Below the pieces are notes generated by a model. It was not told the DNA's origin. It made no database searches and saw only the letters and a list, made by a program, of their open reading frames with translations. The position numbers and the translations under genes were made by a program. A stretch of DNA of 64,000 nucleotides from the human T2T-CHM13v2.0 reference genome, Homo sapiens, in assembly GCF_009914755.1 (NCBI RefSeq), contig NC_060925.1. One strand, written 5' to 3'. The first letter of the stretch is position 1, and the number at the start of each line of letters is the position of its first letter. Of this stretch, positions 1-15,000 are shown one piece after another.

Positions 1-3000
1 GAATCATCGCATAGAATCGAATGGAATTATCATCGAATGGAATCGAATGGTATCAACACCAAACGGAAAAAAACGGAATTATCGAATGGAATCGAAGAGA
101 ATCTTCGAACGGACCCGAATGGAATCATCTAATGGAATGGAATGGAATAATGCATGGACTCGAATGCAATCATCATCGAATGGAATCGAATGGAATCATC
201 GAATGGACTCGAATGGAATAATCATTGAACGGAATCGATTGGAATCATCATCGGATGGAAACGAATGGAATCATCATCGAATGGAAATGAAAGGAGTCAT
301 CATCTAATGGAATTGCATGGAATCATCATAAAATGGAATCGAATGGAATCAACATCAAATGGAATCAAATGGAATCATTGAACGGAATTGAATGGAATCG
401 TCATCGAATGAATTGACTGCAATCATCGAATGGTCTCGAATGGAATCATCTTCAAATGGAATGGAATGGAATCATCGCATAGAATCGAATGGAATTATCA
501 TCGAATGGAATCGAATGGAATCAACATCAAACGGAAAAAAACGGAATTATCGAATGGAATCGAAGAGAATCATCGAATGGACCCGAATGGAATCATCTAA
601 TGGAATGGAATGGAATAATCCATGGACTCGAATGCAATCATCATCGAATGGAATCGAATGGAATCATCGAATGGACTCGAATGGAATAATCATTGAACGG
701 AATCGAATGGAATCATCATCGGATGGAAACGAATGGAATCATCATCGAATGGAAATGAAAGGAGTCATCATCTAATGGAATTGCATGGAATCATCATAAA
801 ATGGAATCGAATGGAATCAACATCAAATGGAATCAAATGGAATCATTGAACGGAATTGAATGGAATCGTCATCGAATGAATTGACTGCAATCGTCGAATG
901 GTCTCGAATGGAATCATCTTCAAATGGAATGGAATGGAATCATCGCATAGAATCGAATGGAATTATCATCGAATGGAATCGAATGGAATCAACATCAAAC
1001 GGAAAAAAACGGAATTATCGAATGGAATCGAAGAGAATCATCGAATGGACCCGAATGGAATCATCTAATGGAATGGAATGGAATAATCCATGGACTCGAA
1101 TGCAATCATCATCGAATGGAATCGAATGGAATCATCGAATGGACTCGAATGGAATAATCATTGAACGGAATCGAATGGAATCATCATCGGATGGAAATGA
1201 ATGGAATCATCATCGAATGGAATCGAATAGAATTATGGAATGAAATCCAGTGTGATCATCATCGAATGGACCCGAATGGAATCATCATCCAACGGAAGCT
1301 AATGGAATCAACATCGAATGAATCGAATGGAAACACCATCGAATTGAAACGAATGGAATTATCATGAAATTGAAATGGATGGACTCATCATCGAATGGAT
1401 TTGAATGGAATCATCGAATAAAATTGATTGAAATCATCATCGAATGGAATCGAATGGTATCATTGAAAGGAATCGAATGGAATCATCATCAGATGGAAAT
1501 GAATGGAATCGTCATAGAATGGAATCGAATGGATTCATTGAATGGAATCAGATGGAATCATCGAATGGACTGGAATGGAATCATTGAATGGACTCGAAAG
1601 GGATCATGATTGAACGGAATTGAATGGAATCATCGAATGGTCTCGATTTGAATCATTATCAAATGGAATCGAATGGAATCACCGAATAGAATCGAATGGA
1701 ACAATCATCGAATGGACTCAAATGGAATTATCCTCCAATGGAATCGAATGGAATTATCGAATGCAATCGAATGGAATTATCGAATGCAATCGAATGGAAT
1801 TATCGAATGCAATCGAATAGAATCATCGAATGGACTCGAATGGAATCATCGAATGGAATGGAATGGAACAGTCAATGAACTCGAATGGAATCATCATTGA
1901 ATGGAATCGAATGGAATCATCGAGTGGAATCGAATGGAATTATGATCAAATGGAATCGAATGTAATCATCATCAAATGGAATTAAAAATAACCATCATCA
2001 ATAGGTATTGAATGGAATTGTCATCAAATGGAATTCAAAGGAATCATCATCAAATGGAATCGAATGGAATCCTCATTGAATGGAAATGAAAGGGGTCATC
2101 ATCTAATGGAATCGCATGGAATCATCATCAAATGGAATCGAATGGAATCATCATCAAATGGAATCTAATGGAATCATTGAACAGAATTGAATGGAATCGT
2201 CATCGAATGAATTGAATGCAATCATCGAATGGTCTCGAATGGAATCATCTTCTAATGGAAAGGAATGGAATCATCGCATAGAATCGAATGGAATTAACAT
2301 TGAATGGACTCGAATGGAATCAACATCAAATGGAATCAAGCGGAATTATCGAATGAAATCGAAGAGAATCATCGAATGGACTCGAATGGAATCATCTAAT
2401 GGAATGGAATGGAATAATCCACGGACTCGAATGCAATCATCATCGTATAGAATCGAATGGAATCATCGAATGGACTCGAATGGAATAACCATTGAACGGA
2501 ATCGAATGGAATCATCATCGGATGGAAACGAATGGAATCATCATCGAATGGAAATGAAAGGAGTCATCATCTAATGGAATTGCATGGAATCATCATAAAA
2601 TGGAATCGAATGCAATCAACATCAAATGGAATCAAATGGAATCATTGAACGGAATTGAATGGAATCGTCATCGAATGAATTGACTGCAATCATCGAATGG
2701 TCTCGAATGGAATCATCTTCAAATGGAATGGAATGGAATCATCGCATAGAATCGAATGGAATTATCATCGAATGGAATCGAATGGAATCAACATCAAACG
2801 GAAAAAAACGGAATTATCAAATGGAATCGAAGAGAATCATCGAATGGACCCGAATGGAATCATCTAATGGAATGGAATGGAATAATCCATGGACTCGAAT
2901 GCAATCATCATCGAATGGAATCGAATGGAATCATCGAATGGACTCGAATGGAATAATCATTGAACGGAATCGAATGGAATCATCATCGGATGGAAATGAA

Positions 3001-5745
3001 TGGAATCATCATCGAATGGAATCGAATAGAATTATGGAATGAAATCCAGTGTGATCATCATCGAATGGACCCGAATGGAATCATCATCCAACGGAAGCTA
3101 ATGGAATCAACATCGAATGAATCAAATGGAAACACCATCGAATTGAAACGAATGGAATTATCATGAAATTGAAATGGATGGACTCATCATCGAATGGATT
3201 CGAATGGAATCATCGAATAAAATTGATTGAAATAATCATCGAATGGAATCGAATGGTATCATTGAATGGAATCGAATGGAATCATCATCAGATGGAAATG
3301 AATGGAATCGTCATAGAATGGAATCGAATGGATTCATTGAATGGAATCAGATGGAATCATCGAATGGACTGGAATGGAATCATTGAATGGACTCGAAAGG
3401 GATCATGATTGAATGGAATTGAATGGAATCATCGAATGGTCTCGATTGGAATCATTATCAAATGGAATCGAATGGAATCACCGAATAGAATCGAATGGAA
3501 CAATCATCGAATGGACTCAAACGGAATTATCCTCCAATGGAATCGAATGGAATTATCAAATGCAATCGAATGGAATTATCGAATGCAATCGAATAGAATG
3601 ATCGAATGGACTCGAATGGAATCATCGAATGGAATGGAATGGAACAGTCAATGAACTCGAATGGAATCATCATTGAATGGAATCGAATGGAATCATCGAG
3701 TGGAATCGAATGGAATTATGATCAAATGGAATCGAATGTAATCATCATCAAATGGAATCAAAAATAACCATCATCAATTGGTATTGAATGGAATTGTCAT
3801 CAAATGGAATTCAGAGGAATCATCATCAAATGGAACCGAATGGAATCCTCATTGAATGGAAATGAAAGGGGTCATCATCTAATGGAATCGCATGGAATCA
3901 TCATCAAATGGAATCGAATGGAATCATCATCAAATGGAATCTAATGGAATCATTGAACAGAATTGAATGGAATCGTCATCGAATGAATTGAATGCAATCA
4001 TCGAATGGTCTCGAATGGAATCATCTTCTAATGGAAAGGAATGGAATCATCGCATAGAATCGAATGGAATTATCATCGAATGGAATCGAATGGTATCAAC
4101 ACCAAACGGAAAAAAACGGAATTATCGAATGGAATCGAAGAGAATCTTCGAACGGACCCGAATGGAATCATCTAATGGAATGGAATGGAATAATCCATGG
4201 ACTGGAATGCAATCATCATCGAATGGAATCGAATGGAATCATCGAATGGACTCGAATGGAATAATCATTGAACGGAATCGAATGGAATCATCACCGGATG
4301 GAAACGAATGGAATCATCATCGAATGGAAATGAAAGGAGTCATCATCTAATGGAATTGCATGGAATCATCATAAAATGGAATCGAATGGAATCAACATCA
4401 AATGGAATCAAATGGAATAATTGAACGGAATTGAATGGAATCGTCATCGAATGAATTGAATGCAATCATCGAATGGTCTAGAATGGAATCATCTTCAAAT
4501 GGAATGGAATGGAATCATCGCATAGAATCGAATGGAAGTATCATCGAATGGAATCGAATGGAATCAACATCAAACGGAAAAAAACGGAATTATCGAATGG
4601 AATCGAAGAGAATCATCGAATGGACCCGAATGGAATCATCTAATGGAATGGAATGGAATAATCCATGGACTCGAATGCAATCATCATCGAATGGAATCGA
4701 ATGGAATCATCGAATGGACTCGAATGGAATAATCATTGAACGGAATCTAATGGATTCATCATCGGATGGAAATGAATGGAATCATCATCGAATGGAATCG
4801 AATAGAATTATGGAATGAAATCCAGTGTGATCATCATCGAATGAACCCGAATGGAATCATCATCCAACGGAAGCTAATGGAATCAACATCGAATGAATCG
4901 AATGGAAACACCATCGAATTGAAACGAATGGAATTATCTTGAAATTGAAATGGATGGACTCATCATCGAATGGATTCGAATGGAATCATCGAATAAAATT
5001 GATTGAAATCATCATCCAATGGAATCGAATGGTATCATTGAATGGAATCGAATGGAATCATCATCAGATGGAAATGAATGGAATCGTCATAGAATGGAAT
5101 CGAATGGATTCATTGAATGGAATCAGATGGAATCATCGAATGGACTGGAATGGAATCATTGAATGGACTCGAAAGGGATCATGATTGAATGGAATTGAAT
5201 GGAATCATCGAATGGTCTCGATTGGAATCATTATCAAATGGAATCGAATGGAATCACCGAATAGAATCGAATGGAACAATCATCGAATGGACTCAAATGG
5301 AATTATCCTCCAATGGAATCGAATGGAATTATCGAATGCAATCGAATGGAATTATCGAATGCAATCGAATAGAATCATCGAATGGACTCGAATGGAATCA
5401 TCTAATGGAATGGAATGGAACAGTCAATGAACTCGAATGGAATCATCATTGAATGGAATCGAATGGAATCATTGAGTGGAATCGAATGGAATTATGATCA
5501 AATGGAATCGAATATAATCATCATCAAATGGAATCAAAAATAACCATCATCAATTGGTATTGAATGGAATTCTCATCAAATGGAATTCAAAGGAATCATC
5601 ATCAAATGGAACTGAATGGAATCCTCATTGAATGGAAATGAAAGGGTCATCATCTAATGGAATCGCATGGAAGCATCATCAAATGGAATCTGATGGAATC
5701 ATTGAACAGAATTGAATGGAATCGTCATCGAATGAATTGAATGCA

Positions 5746-6039
5746 ATCATCGAATGGTCTCGAATATAATCACATTCTAATGGAAAGGAATGGAATCATC
5801 GCATAGAATCGAATGGAATTAACATTGAATGGACTCGAATGGAATCAACATCAAACGGAATCAAGCGGAATTATCGAATGGAATCGAAGAGAATCATCGA
5901 ATGGTCTCGAATGGAATCATCTTCTAATGGAAAGGAATGGAATCATCGCATAGAATCGAATGGAATTAACATTGAATGGACTCGAATGGAATCAACATCA
6001 AATGGAATCAAGCGGAATTATCGAATGAAATCGAAGAGA
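5746..6039 (+). repeat. 147-bp tandem duplication (six monomers) within the divergent subrepeat; also at ~9445, ~15409, ~20883, ~37479
   Basis: The block containing AATTAACATTGAATGGACTCG...GGAATCAAGCGG occurs twice, 147 bp apart. The spacing to the next subrepeat is 615 (468+147) in all five units. Confidence 0.93.
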
Positions 6040-9000
6040 ATCATCGAATGGACTCGAATGGAATCATCTAATGGAATGGAATGGAATAATCCACGGACTC
6101 GAATGCAATCATCATCGTATAGAATCGAATGGAATCATCGAATGGACTCGAATGGAATAACCATTGAACGGAATCGAATGGAATCATCATCGGATGGAAA
6201 CGAATGGAATCATCATCGAATGGAAATGAAAGGAGTCATCATCTAATGGAATTGCATGGAATCATCATAAAATGGAATCGAATGGAATCAACATCAAATG
6301 GAATCAAATGGAATCATTGAACGGAATTGAATGGAATCGTCATCGAATGAATTGACTGCAATCATCGAATGGTCTCGAATGGAATCATCTTCAAATGGAA
6401 TGGAATGGAATCATCGCATAGAATCGAATGGAATTATCGTCGAATGGAATCGAATGGAATCAACATCAAACGGAAAAAAACGGAATTATCAAATGGAATC
6501 GAAGAGAATCATCGAATGGACCCGAATGGAATCATCTAATGGAATGGAATGGAATAATCCATGGACTCGAATGCAATCATCATCGAATGGAATCGAATGG
6601 AATCATCGAATGGACTTGAATGGAATAATCATTGAACGGAATCGAATGGAATCATCATCGGATGGAAATGAATGGAATCATCATCGAATGGAATCGAATA
6701 GAATTATGGAATGAAATCCAGTGTGATCATCATCGAATGGACCCGAATGGAATCATCATCCAACGGAAGCTAATGGAATCAACATCGAATGAATCAAATG
6801 GAAACACCATCGAATTGAAACGAATGGAATTATCATGAAATTGAAATGGATGGACTCATCATCGAATGGATTCGAATGGAATCATCGAATAAAATTGATT
6901 GAAATCATCATCGAATGGAATCGAATGGTATCATTGAATGGAATCGAATGGAATCATCATCAGATGGAAATGAATGGAATCGTCATAGAATGGAATCGAA
7001 TGGATTCATTGAATGGAATCAGATGGAATCATCGAATGGACTGGAATGGAATCATTGAATGGACTCGAAAGGGATCATGATTGAATGGAATTGAATGGAA
7101 TCATCGAATGGTCTCGATTGGAATCATTATCAAATGGAATCGAATGGAATCACCGAATAGAATCGAATGGAACAATCATCGAATGGACTCAAATGGAATT
7201 ATCCTCAAATGGAATCGAATGGAATTATCAAATGCAATCGAATGGAATTGTCGAATGCAATCGAATAGAATCATCGAATGGACTCGAATGGAATCATCGA
7301 ATGGAATGGAATGGAACAGTCAATGAACTCGAATGGAATCATCATTGAATGGAATCGAATGGAATCATCGAGTGGAATCGAATGGAATTATGATCAAATG
7401 GAATCGAATGTAATCATCATCAAATGGAATCAAAAATAACCATCATCAATTGGTATTGAATGGAATTGTCATCAAATGGAATTCAAAGGAATCATCATCA
7501 AATGGAACCGAATGGAATCCTCATTGAATGGAAATGAAAGGGGTCATCATCTAATGGAATCGCATGGAATCATCATCAAATGGAATCGAATGGAATCATC
7601 ATCAAATGGAATCTAATGGAATCATTGAACAGAATTGAATGGAATCGTCATCGAATGAATTGAATGCAATCATCGAATGGTCTCGAATGGAATCATCTTC
7701 TAATGGAAAGGAATGGAATCATCGCATAGAATCGAATGGAATTATCATCGAATGGAATCGAATGGTATCAACACCAAACGGAAAAAAACGGAATTATCGA
7801 ATGGAATCGAAGAGAATCTTCGAACGGACCCGAATGGAATCATCTAATGGAATGGAATGGAATAATCCATGGACTCGAATGCAATCATCATCGAATGGAA
7901 TGGAATGGAATCATCGAATGGACTCGAATGGAATAATCATTGAACGGAATCGAATGGAATCATCATCGGATGGAAACGAATGGAATCATCATCGAATGGA
8001 AATGAAAGGAGTCATCATCTAATGGAATTGCATGGAATCATCATAAAATGGAATCGAATGGAATCAACATCAAATGGAATCAAATGGAATCATTGAACGG
8101 AATTGAATGGAATCGTCATCGAATGAATTGAATGCAATCATCGAATGGTCTAGAATGGAATCATCTTCAAATGGAATGGAATGGAATCATCGCATAGAAT
8201 CGAATGCAATTATCATCGAATGGAATCGAATGGAATCAACATCAAACGGAAAAAAACGGAATTATCAAATGGAATCGAAGAGAATCATCGAATGGACCCG
8301 AATGGAATCATCTAATGGAATGGAATGGAATAATCCATGGACTCGAATGCAATCATCATCGAATGGAATCGAATGGAATCATCGAATGGACTTGAATGGA
8401 ATAATCATTGAACGGAATCGAATGGAATCATCATCGGATGGAAATGAATGGAATCATGATCGAATGGAATCGAATAGAATTATGGAATGAAATCCAGTGT
8501 GATCATCATCGAATGAACCCGAATGGAATCATCATCCAACGGAAGCTAATGGAATCAACATCGAATGAATCGAATGGAAACACCATCGAATTGAAACGAA
8601 TGGAATTATCTTGAAATTGTAATGGATGGACTCATCATCGAATGGATTCGAATGGAATCATCGAATAAAATTGATTGAAATCATCATCCAATGGAATCGA
8701 ATGGTATCATTGAATGGAATCGAATGGAATCATCATCAGATGGAAATGAATGGAATCGTCATAGAATGGAATCGAATGGATTCATTGAATGGAATCAGAT
8801 GGAATCATCGAATGGACTGGAATGGAATCATTGAATGGACTCAAAAGGGATCATGATTGAATGGAATTGAATGGAATCATCGAATGGTCTCGATTGGAAT
8901 CATTATCAAATGGAATCGAATGGAATCACCGAATAGAATCGAATGGAACAATCATCGAATGGACTCAAATGGAATTATCCTCCAATGGAATCGAATGGAA

Positions 9001-12000
9001 TTATCGAATGCAATCGAATGGAATTATCGAATGCAATCGAATAGAATCATCGAATGGACTCGAATGGAATCATCGAATGGAATGGAATGGAACAGTCAAT
9101 GAACTCGAATGGAATCATCATTGAATGGAATCGAATGGAATCATCGAGTGGAATCGAATGGAATTATGATCAAATGGAATCGAATATAATCATCATCAAA
9201 TGGAATCAGAAATAACCATCATCAATTGGTATTGAATGGAATTCTCATCAAATGGAATTCAAAGGAATCATCATCAAATGGAACTGAATGGAATCCTCAT
9301 TGAATGGAAATGAAAGGGGTCATCATCTAATGGAATCGCATGGAATCATCATCAAATGGAATCGAATGGAATCATCATCAAATGGAATCTGATGGAATCA
9401 TTGAACAGAATTGAATGGAATCGTCATCGAATGAATTGAATGCAATCATCGAATGGTCTCGAATGTAATCACATTCTAATGGAAAGGAATGGAATCATCG
9501 CATAGAATCGAATGGAATTAACATTGAATGGACTCGAATGGAATCAACATCAAACGGAATCAAGCGGAATTATCGAATGGAATCGAAGAGAATCATCGAA
9601 TGGTCTCGAATGGAATCATCTTCTAATGGAAAGGAATGGAATCATCGCATAGAATCGAATAGAATTAACATTGAATGGACTCGAATGGAATCAACATCAA
9701 ATGGAATCAAGCGGAATTATCGAATGAAATCGAAGAGAATCATCGAATGGACTCGAATGGAATCATCTAATGGAATGGAATGGAATAATCCACGGACTCG
9801 AATGCAATCATCATCGTATAGAATCGAATGGAATCATCGAATGGACTCGAATGGAATAACCATTGAACGGAATCGAATGGAATCATCATCGGATGGAAAC
9901 GAATGGAATCGTCATCGAATGGAAATGTAAGGAGTCATCATCTAATGGAATTGCATGGAATCATCATAAAATGGAATCGAATGGAATCATCATCAAATGG
10001 AATCTAATGGAATCATTGAACAGAATTGAATGGAATCGTCATCGAATGAATTGAATGCAATCATCGAATGGTCTCGAATGGAATCATCTTCTAATGGAAA
10101 GGAATGGAATCATCGCATGGAATCGAATGGAATTATCATCGAATGGAATCGAATGGTATCAACACCAAACGGAAAAAAACGGAATTATCGAATGGAATCG
10201 AAGAGAATCTTCGAACGGACCCGAATGGAATCATCTAATGGAATGGAATGGAATAATCCATGGACTCGAATGCAATCATCATCGAATGGAATCGAATGGA
10301 ATCATCGAATGGACTCGAATGGAATAATCATTGAACGGAATCGAATGGAATCATCATCGGATGGAAACGAATGGAATCATCATCGAATGGAAATGAAAGG
10401 AGTCATCATCTAATGGAATTGCATGGAATCATCATAAAATGGAATCGAATGGAATCAACATCAAATAGAATCAAATGGAATCATTGAACGGAATTGAATG
10501 GAATCGTCATCGAATGAATTGACTGCAATCATCCAATGGTCTCGAATGGAATCATCTTCAAATGGAATGGAATGGAATCATCGCATAGAATCGAATGGAA
10601 TTATCATCGAATGGAATCGAATGGAATCAACATCAAACGGAAAAAAACGGAATTATCGACTGGAATCGAAGAGAATCATCGAATGGACCCGAATGGAATC
10701 ATCTAATGGAATGGAATGGAATAATCCATGGACTCGATTGCAATCATCATCGAATGGAATGGAATGGAATCATCGAATGGACTCGAATGGAATAATCATT
10801 GAACGGAATCGAATGAAATCATCATCGGATGGAAATGAATGGAATCATCATCGAATGGAATCGAATAGAATTATGGAATGAAACCCAGTGTGATCATCAT
10901 CGAATGGACCCGAATGGAATCATCATCCAACGGAAGCTAATGGAATCAACATCGAATGAATCGAATGGAAACACCATCGAATTGAAACGAATGGAATTAT
11001 CATGAAATTGAAATGGATGGACTCATCATCAAATGGATTCGAATGGAATCATCGAATAAAATTGATTGAAATCATCATCCAATGGAATCGAATGGTATCA
11101 TTGAATGGAATCGAATGGAATCATCATCAGATGGAAATGAATGGAATCGTCATAGAATGGAATCGAATGGATTCATTGAATGGAATCAGATGGAATCATC
11201 GAATGGACTGGAATGGAATCATTGAATGGACTCGAAAGGGATCATTATTGAATGGAATTGAATGGAATCATCGAATGGTCTCGATTCAATCATTATCAAA
11301 TGGAATCGAATGGAATCACCGAATAGAATCGAATGGAACAATCATCGAATGGACTCAAATGGAATTATCCTCCAATGGAATCGAATGGAATTATCGAATG
11401 CAATCGAATGGAATTATCGAATGCAATCGAATAGAATCATCGAATGGACTCGAATGGAATCATCGAATGGAATGGAATGGAACAGTCAATGAACTCGAAT
11501 GGAATCATCATTGAATGGAATCGAATGGAATCATCGAGTGGAATCGAATGGAATTATGATCAAATGGAATCGAATGTAATCATCATCAAATGGAATCAAA
11601 AATAACCATCATCAATTGGTATTGAATGGAATTGTCATCAAATGGAATTCAAAGGAATCATCATCAAATGGAACCGAATGGAATCCTCATTGAATGGAAA
11701 TGAAAGGGGTCATCATCTAATGGAATCGCAGGGAATCAACATCAAATGGAATCGAATGGAATCATCATCAAATGGAATCTAATGGAATCATTGAACAGAA
11801 TTGAATGGAATCGTCATCGAATGAATTGAATGCAATCTTCGAATGGTCTCGAATGGAATCATCTTCTAATGGAAAGGAATGGAATCATCGCATAGAATCG
11901 AATGGAATTATCATCGAATGGAATCGAATGGTATCAACACCAAACGGAAAAAAACGGAATTATCGAATGGAATCGAAGAGAATCTTCGAACGGACCCGAA

Positions 12001-15000
12001 TGGAATCATCTAATGGAATGGAATGGAATAATCCATGGACTCGAATGCAATCATCATCGAATGGAATCGAATGGAATCATCGAATGGACTCGAATGGAAT
12101 AATCATTGAACGGAATCGAATGGAATCATCATCGGATGGAAACGAATGGAATCATCATCGAATGGAAATGAAAGGAGTCATCATCTAATGGAATTGCATG
12201 GAATCATCATAAAATGGAATCGAATGGAATCAACATCAAATGGAATCAAATGGAATCATTGAACGGAATTGAATGGAATCGTCATCGAATGAATTGACTG
12301 CAATCATCGAATGGTCTCGAATGGAATCATCTTCAAATGGAATGGAATGGAATCATCGCATAGAATCGAATGGAATTATCATCGAATGGAATCGAATGGA
12401 ATCAACATCAAACGGAAAAAAACGGAATTATCGAATGGAATCGAAGAGAATCATCGAATGGACCCGAATGGAATCATCTAATGGAATGGAATGGAATAAT
12501 CCATGGACTCGAATGCAATCATCATCGAATGGAATCGAATGGAATCATCGAATGGACTCGAATGGAATAATCATTGAACGGAATCGAATGGAATCATCAT
12601 CGGATGGAAATGAATGGAATCATCATCGAATGGAATCGAATAGAATTATGGAATGAAATCCAGTGTGATCATCATCGAATGGACGCGAATGGAATCATCA
12701 TCCAACGGAAGCTAATGGAATCAACATCGAATGAATCGAATGGAAACACCATCGAATTGAAACGAATGGAATTGTCATGAAATTGAAATGGATGGACTCA
12801 TCATCGAATGGATTCGAATGGAATCATCGAATAAAATTGATTGAAATCATCATCCAATGGAATCGAATGGTATCATTGAATGGAATCGAATGGAATCATC
12901 ATCAGATGGAAATGAATGGAATCGTCATAGAATGGAATCGAATGGATTCATTGAATGGAATCAGATGGAATCATCGAATGGACTGGAATGGAATCATTGA
13001 ATGGACTCGAAAGGGATCATTATTGAATGGAATTGAATGGAATCATCGAATGGTCTCGATTGGAATCATTATCAAATGGAATCGAATGGAATCACCGAAT
13101 AGAATCGAATGGAACAATCATCGAATGGACTCAAATGGAATTATCCTCCAATGGAATCGAATGGAATTATCGAATGCAATCGAATGGAATTATCGAATGC
13201 AATCGAATGGAATTATCGAATGCAATCGAATAGAATCATCGAATGGACTCGAATGGAATCATCGAATGGAATGGAATGGAACAGTCAATGAACTCGAATG
13301 GAATCATCATTGAATGGAATCGAATGGAATCATCGAGTGGAATCGAATGGAATTATGATCAAATGGAATCGAATGTAATCATCATCAAATGGAATTAAAA
13401 ATAACCATCATCAATAGGTATTGAATGGAATTGTCATCAAATGGAATTCAAAGGAATCATCATCAAATGGAACCGAATGGAATCCTCATTGAATGGAAAT
13501 GAAAGGGGTCATCATCTAATGGAATCGCATGGAATCATCATCAAATGGAATCGAATGGAATCATCATCAAATGGAATCTAATGGAATCATTGAACAGAAT
13601 TGAATGGAATCGTCATCGAATGAATTGAATGCAATCATCGAATGGTCTCGAATGGAATCATCTTCTAATGGAAAGGAATGGAATCGTCGCATAGAATCGA
13701 ATGGAATTAACATTGAATGGACTCGAATGGAATCAACATCAAATGGAATCAAGCGGAATTATCGAATGAAATCGAAGAGAATCATCGAATGGACTCGAAT
13801 GGAATCATCTAATGGAATGGAATGGAATAATCCACGGACTCGAATGCAATCATCATCGTATAGAATCGAATGGAATCATCGAATGGACTCGAATGGAATA
13901 ACCATTGAACGGAATCGAATGGAATCATCATCGGATGGAAACGAATGGAATCATCATCGAATGGAAATGAAAGGAGTCATCATCTAATGGAATTGCATGG
14001 AATCATCATAAAATGGAATCGAATGGAATCAACATCAAATGGAATCAAATGGAATCATTGAACGGAATTGAATGGAATCGTCATCGAATGAATTGACTGC
14101 AATCATCGAATGGTCTCGAATGGAATCATCTTCAAATGGAATGGAATGGAATCATCGCATAGAATCGAATGGAATTATCATCGAATGGAATCGAATGGAA
14201 TCAACATCAAACGGAAAAAAACGGAATTATCCAATGGAATCGAAGAGAATCATCGAATGGACCCGAATGGAATCATCTAATGGAATGGAATGGAATAATC
14301 CATGGACTCGAATGCAATCATCATCGAATGGAATCGAATGGAATCATCGAATGGACTCGAATGGAATAATCATTGAACGGAATCGAATGGAATCATCATC
14401 GGATGGAAATGAATGGAATCATGATCGAATGGAATCGAATAGAATTATGGAATGAAATCCAGTGTGATCATCATCGAATGAACCCGAATGGAATCATCAT
14501 CCAACGGAAGCTAATGGAATCAACATCGAATGAATCGAATGGAAACACCATCGAATTGAAACGAATGGAATTATCTTGAAATTGAAATGGATGGACTCAT
14601 CATCGAATGGATTCGAATGGAATCATCGAATAAAATTGATTGAAATCATCATCCAATGGAATCGAATGGTATCATTGAATGGAATCGAATGGAATCATCA
14701 TCAGATGGAAATGAATGGAATCGTCATAGAATGGAATCGAATGGATTCATTGAATGGAATCAGATGGAATCATCGAATGGACTGGAATGGAATCATTGAA
14801 TGGACTCGAAAGGGATCATGATTGAATGGAATTGAATGGAATCATCGAATGGTCTCGATTGGAATCATTATCAAATGGAATCGAATGGAATCACCGAATA
14901 GAATCGAATGGAACAATCATCGAATGGACTCAAATGGAATTATCCTCCAATGGAATCGAATGGAATTATCGAATGCAATCGAATGGAATTATCGAATGCA

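Noticed and set aside
94-112. Heat-shock element-like GAAtcTTC in subrepeat A
   Set aside because: Only two inverted nGAAn units are present, and a canonical HSF1 site needs three.
1415-1440. DUX4-like sites (TGATTGAAATC; TGATTGAATGG at ~3406) and AATAAA in each unit
   Set aside because: DUX4 is known to activate HSATII, but these differ from the TGATTRRRTTA consensus at two positions. AATAAA has no supporting downstream element or transcript evidence. Neither can be called from sequence alone.
13567-13752. Only minus-strand ORF (61 aa, MIPFDVDSIR...)
   Set aside because: It arises from one private A>G change (GAATCGTCGC at ~13686) that removes a minus-strand stop. It is a typical HSATII antisense translation.
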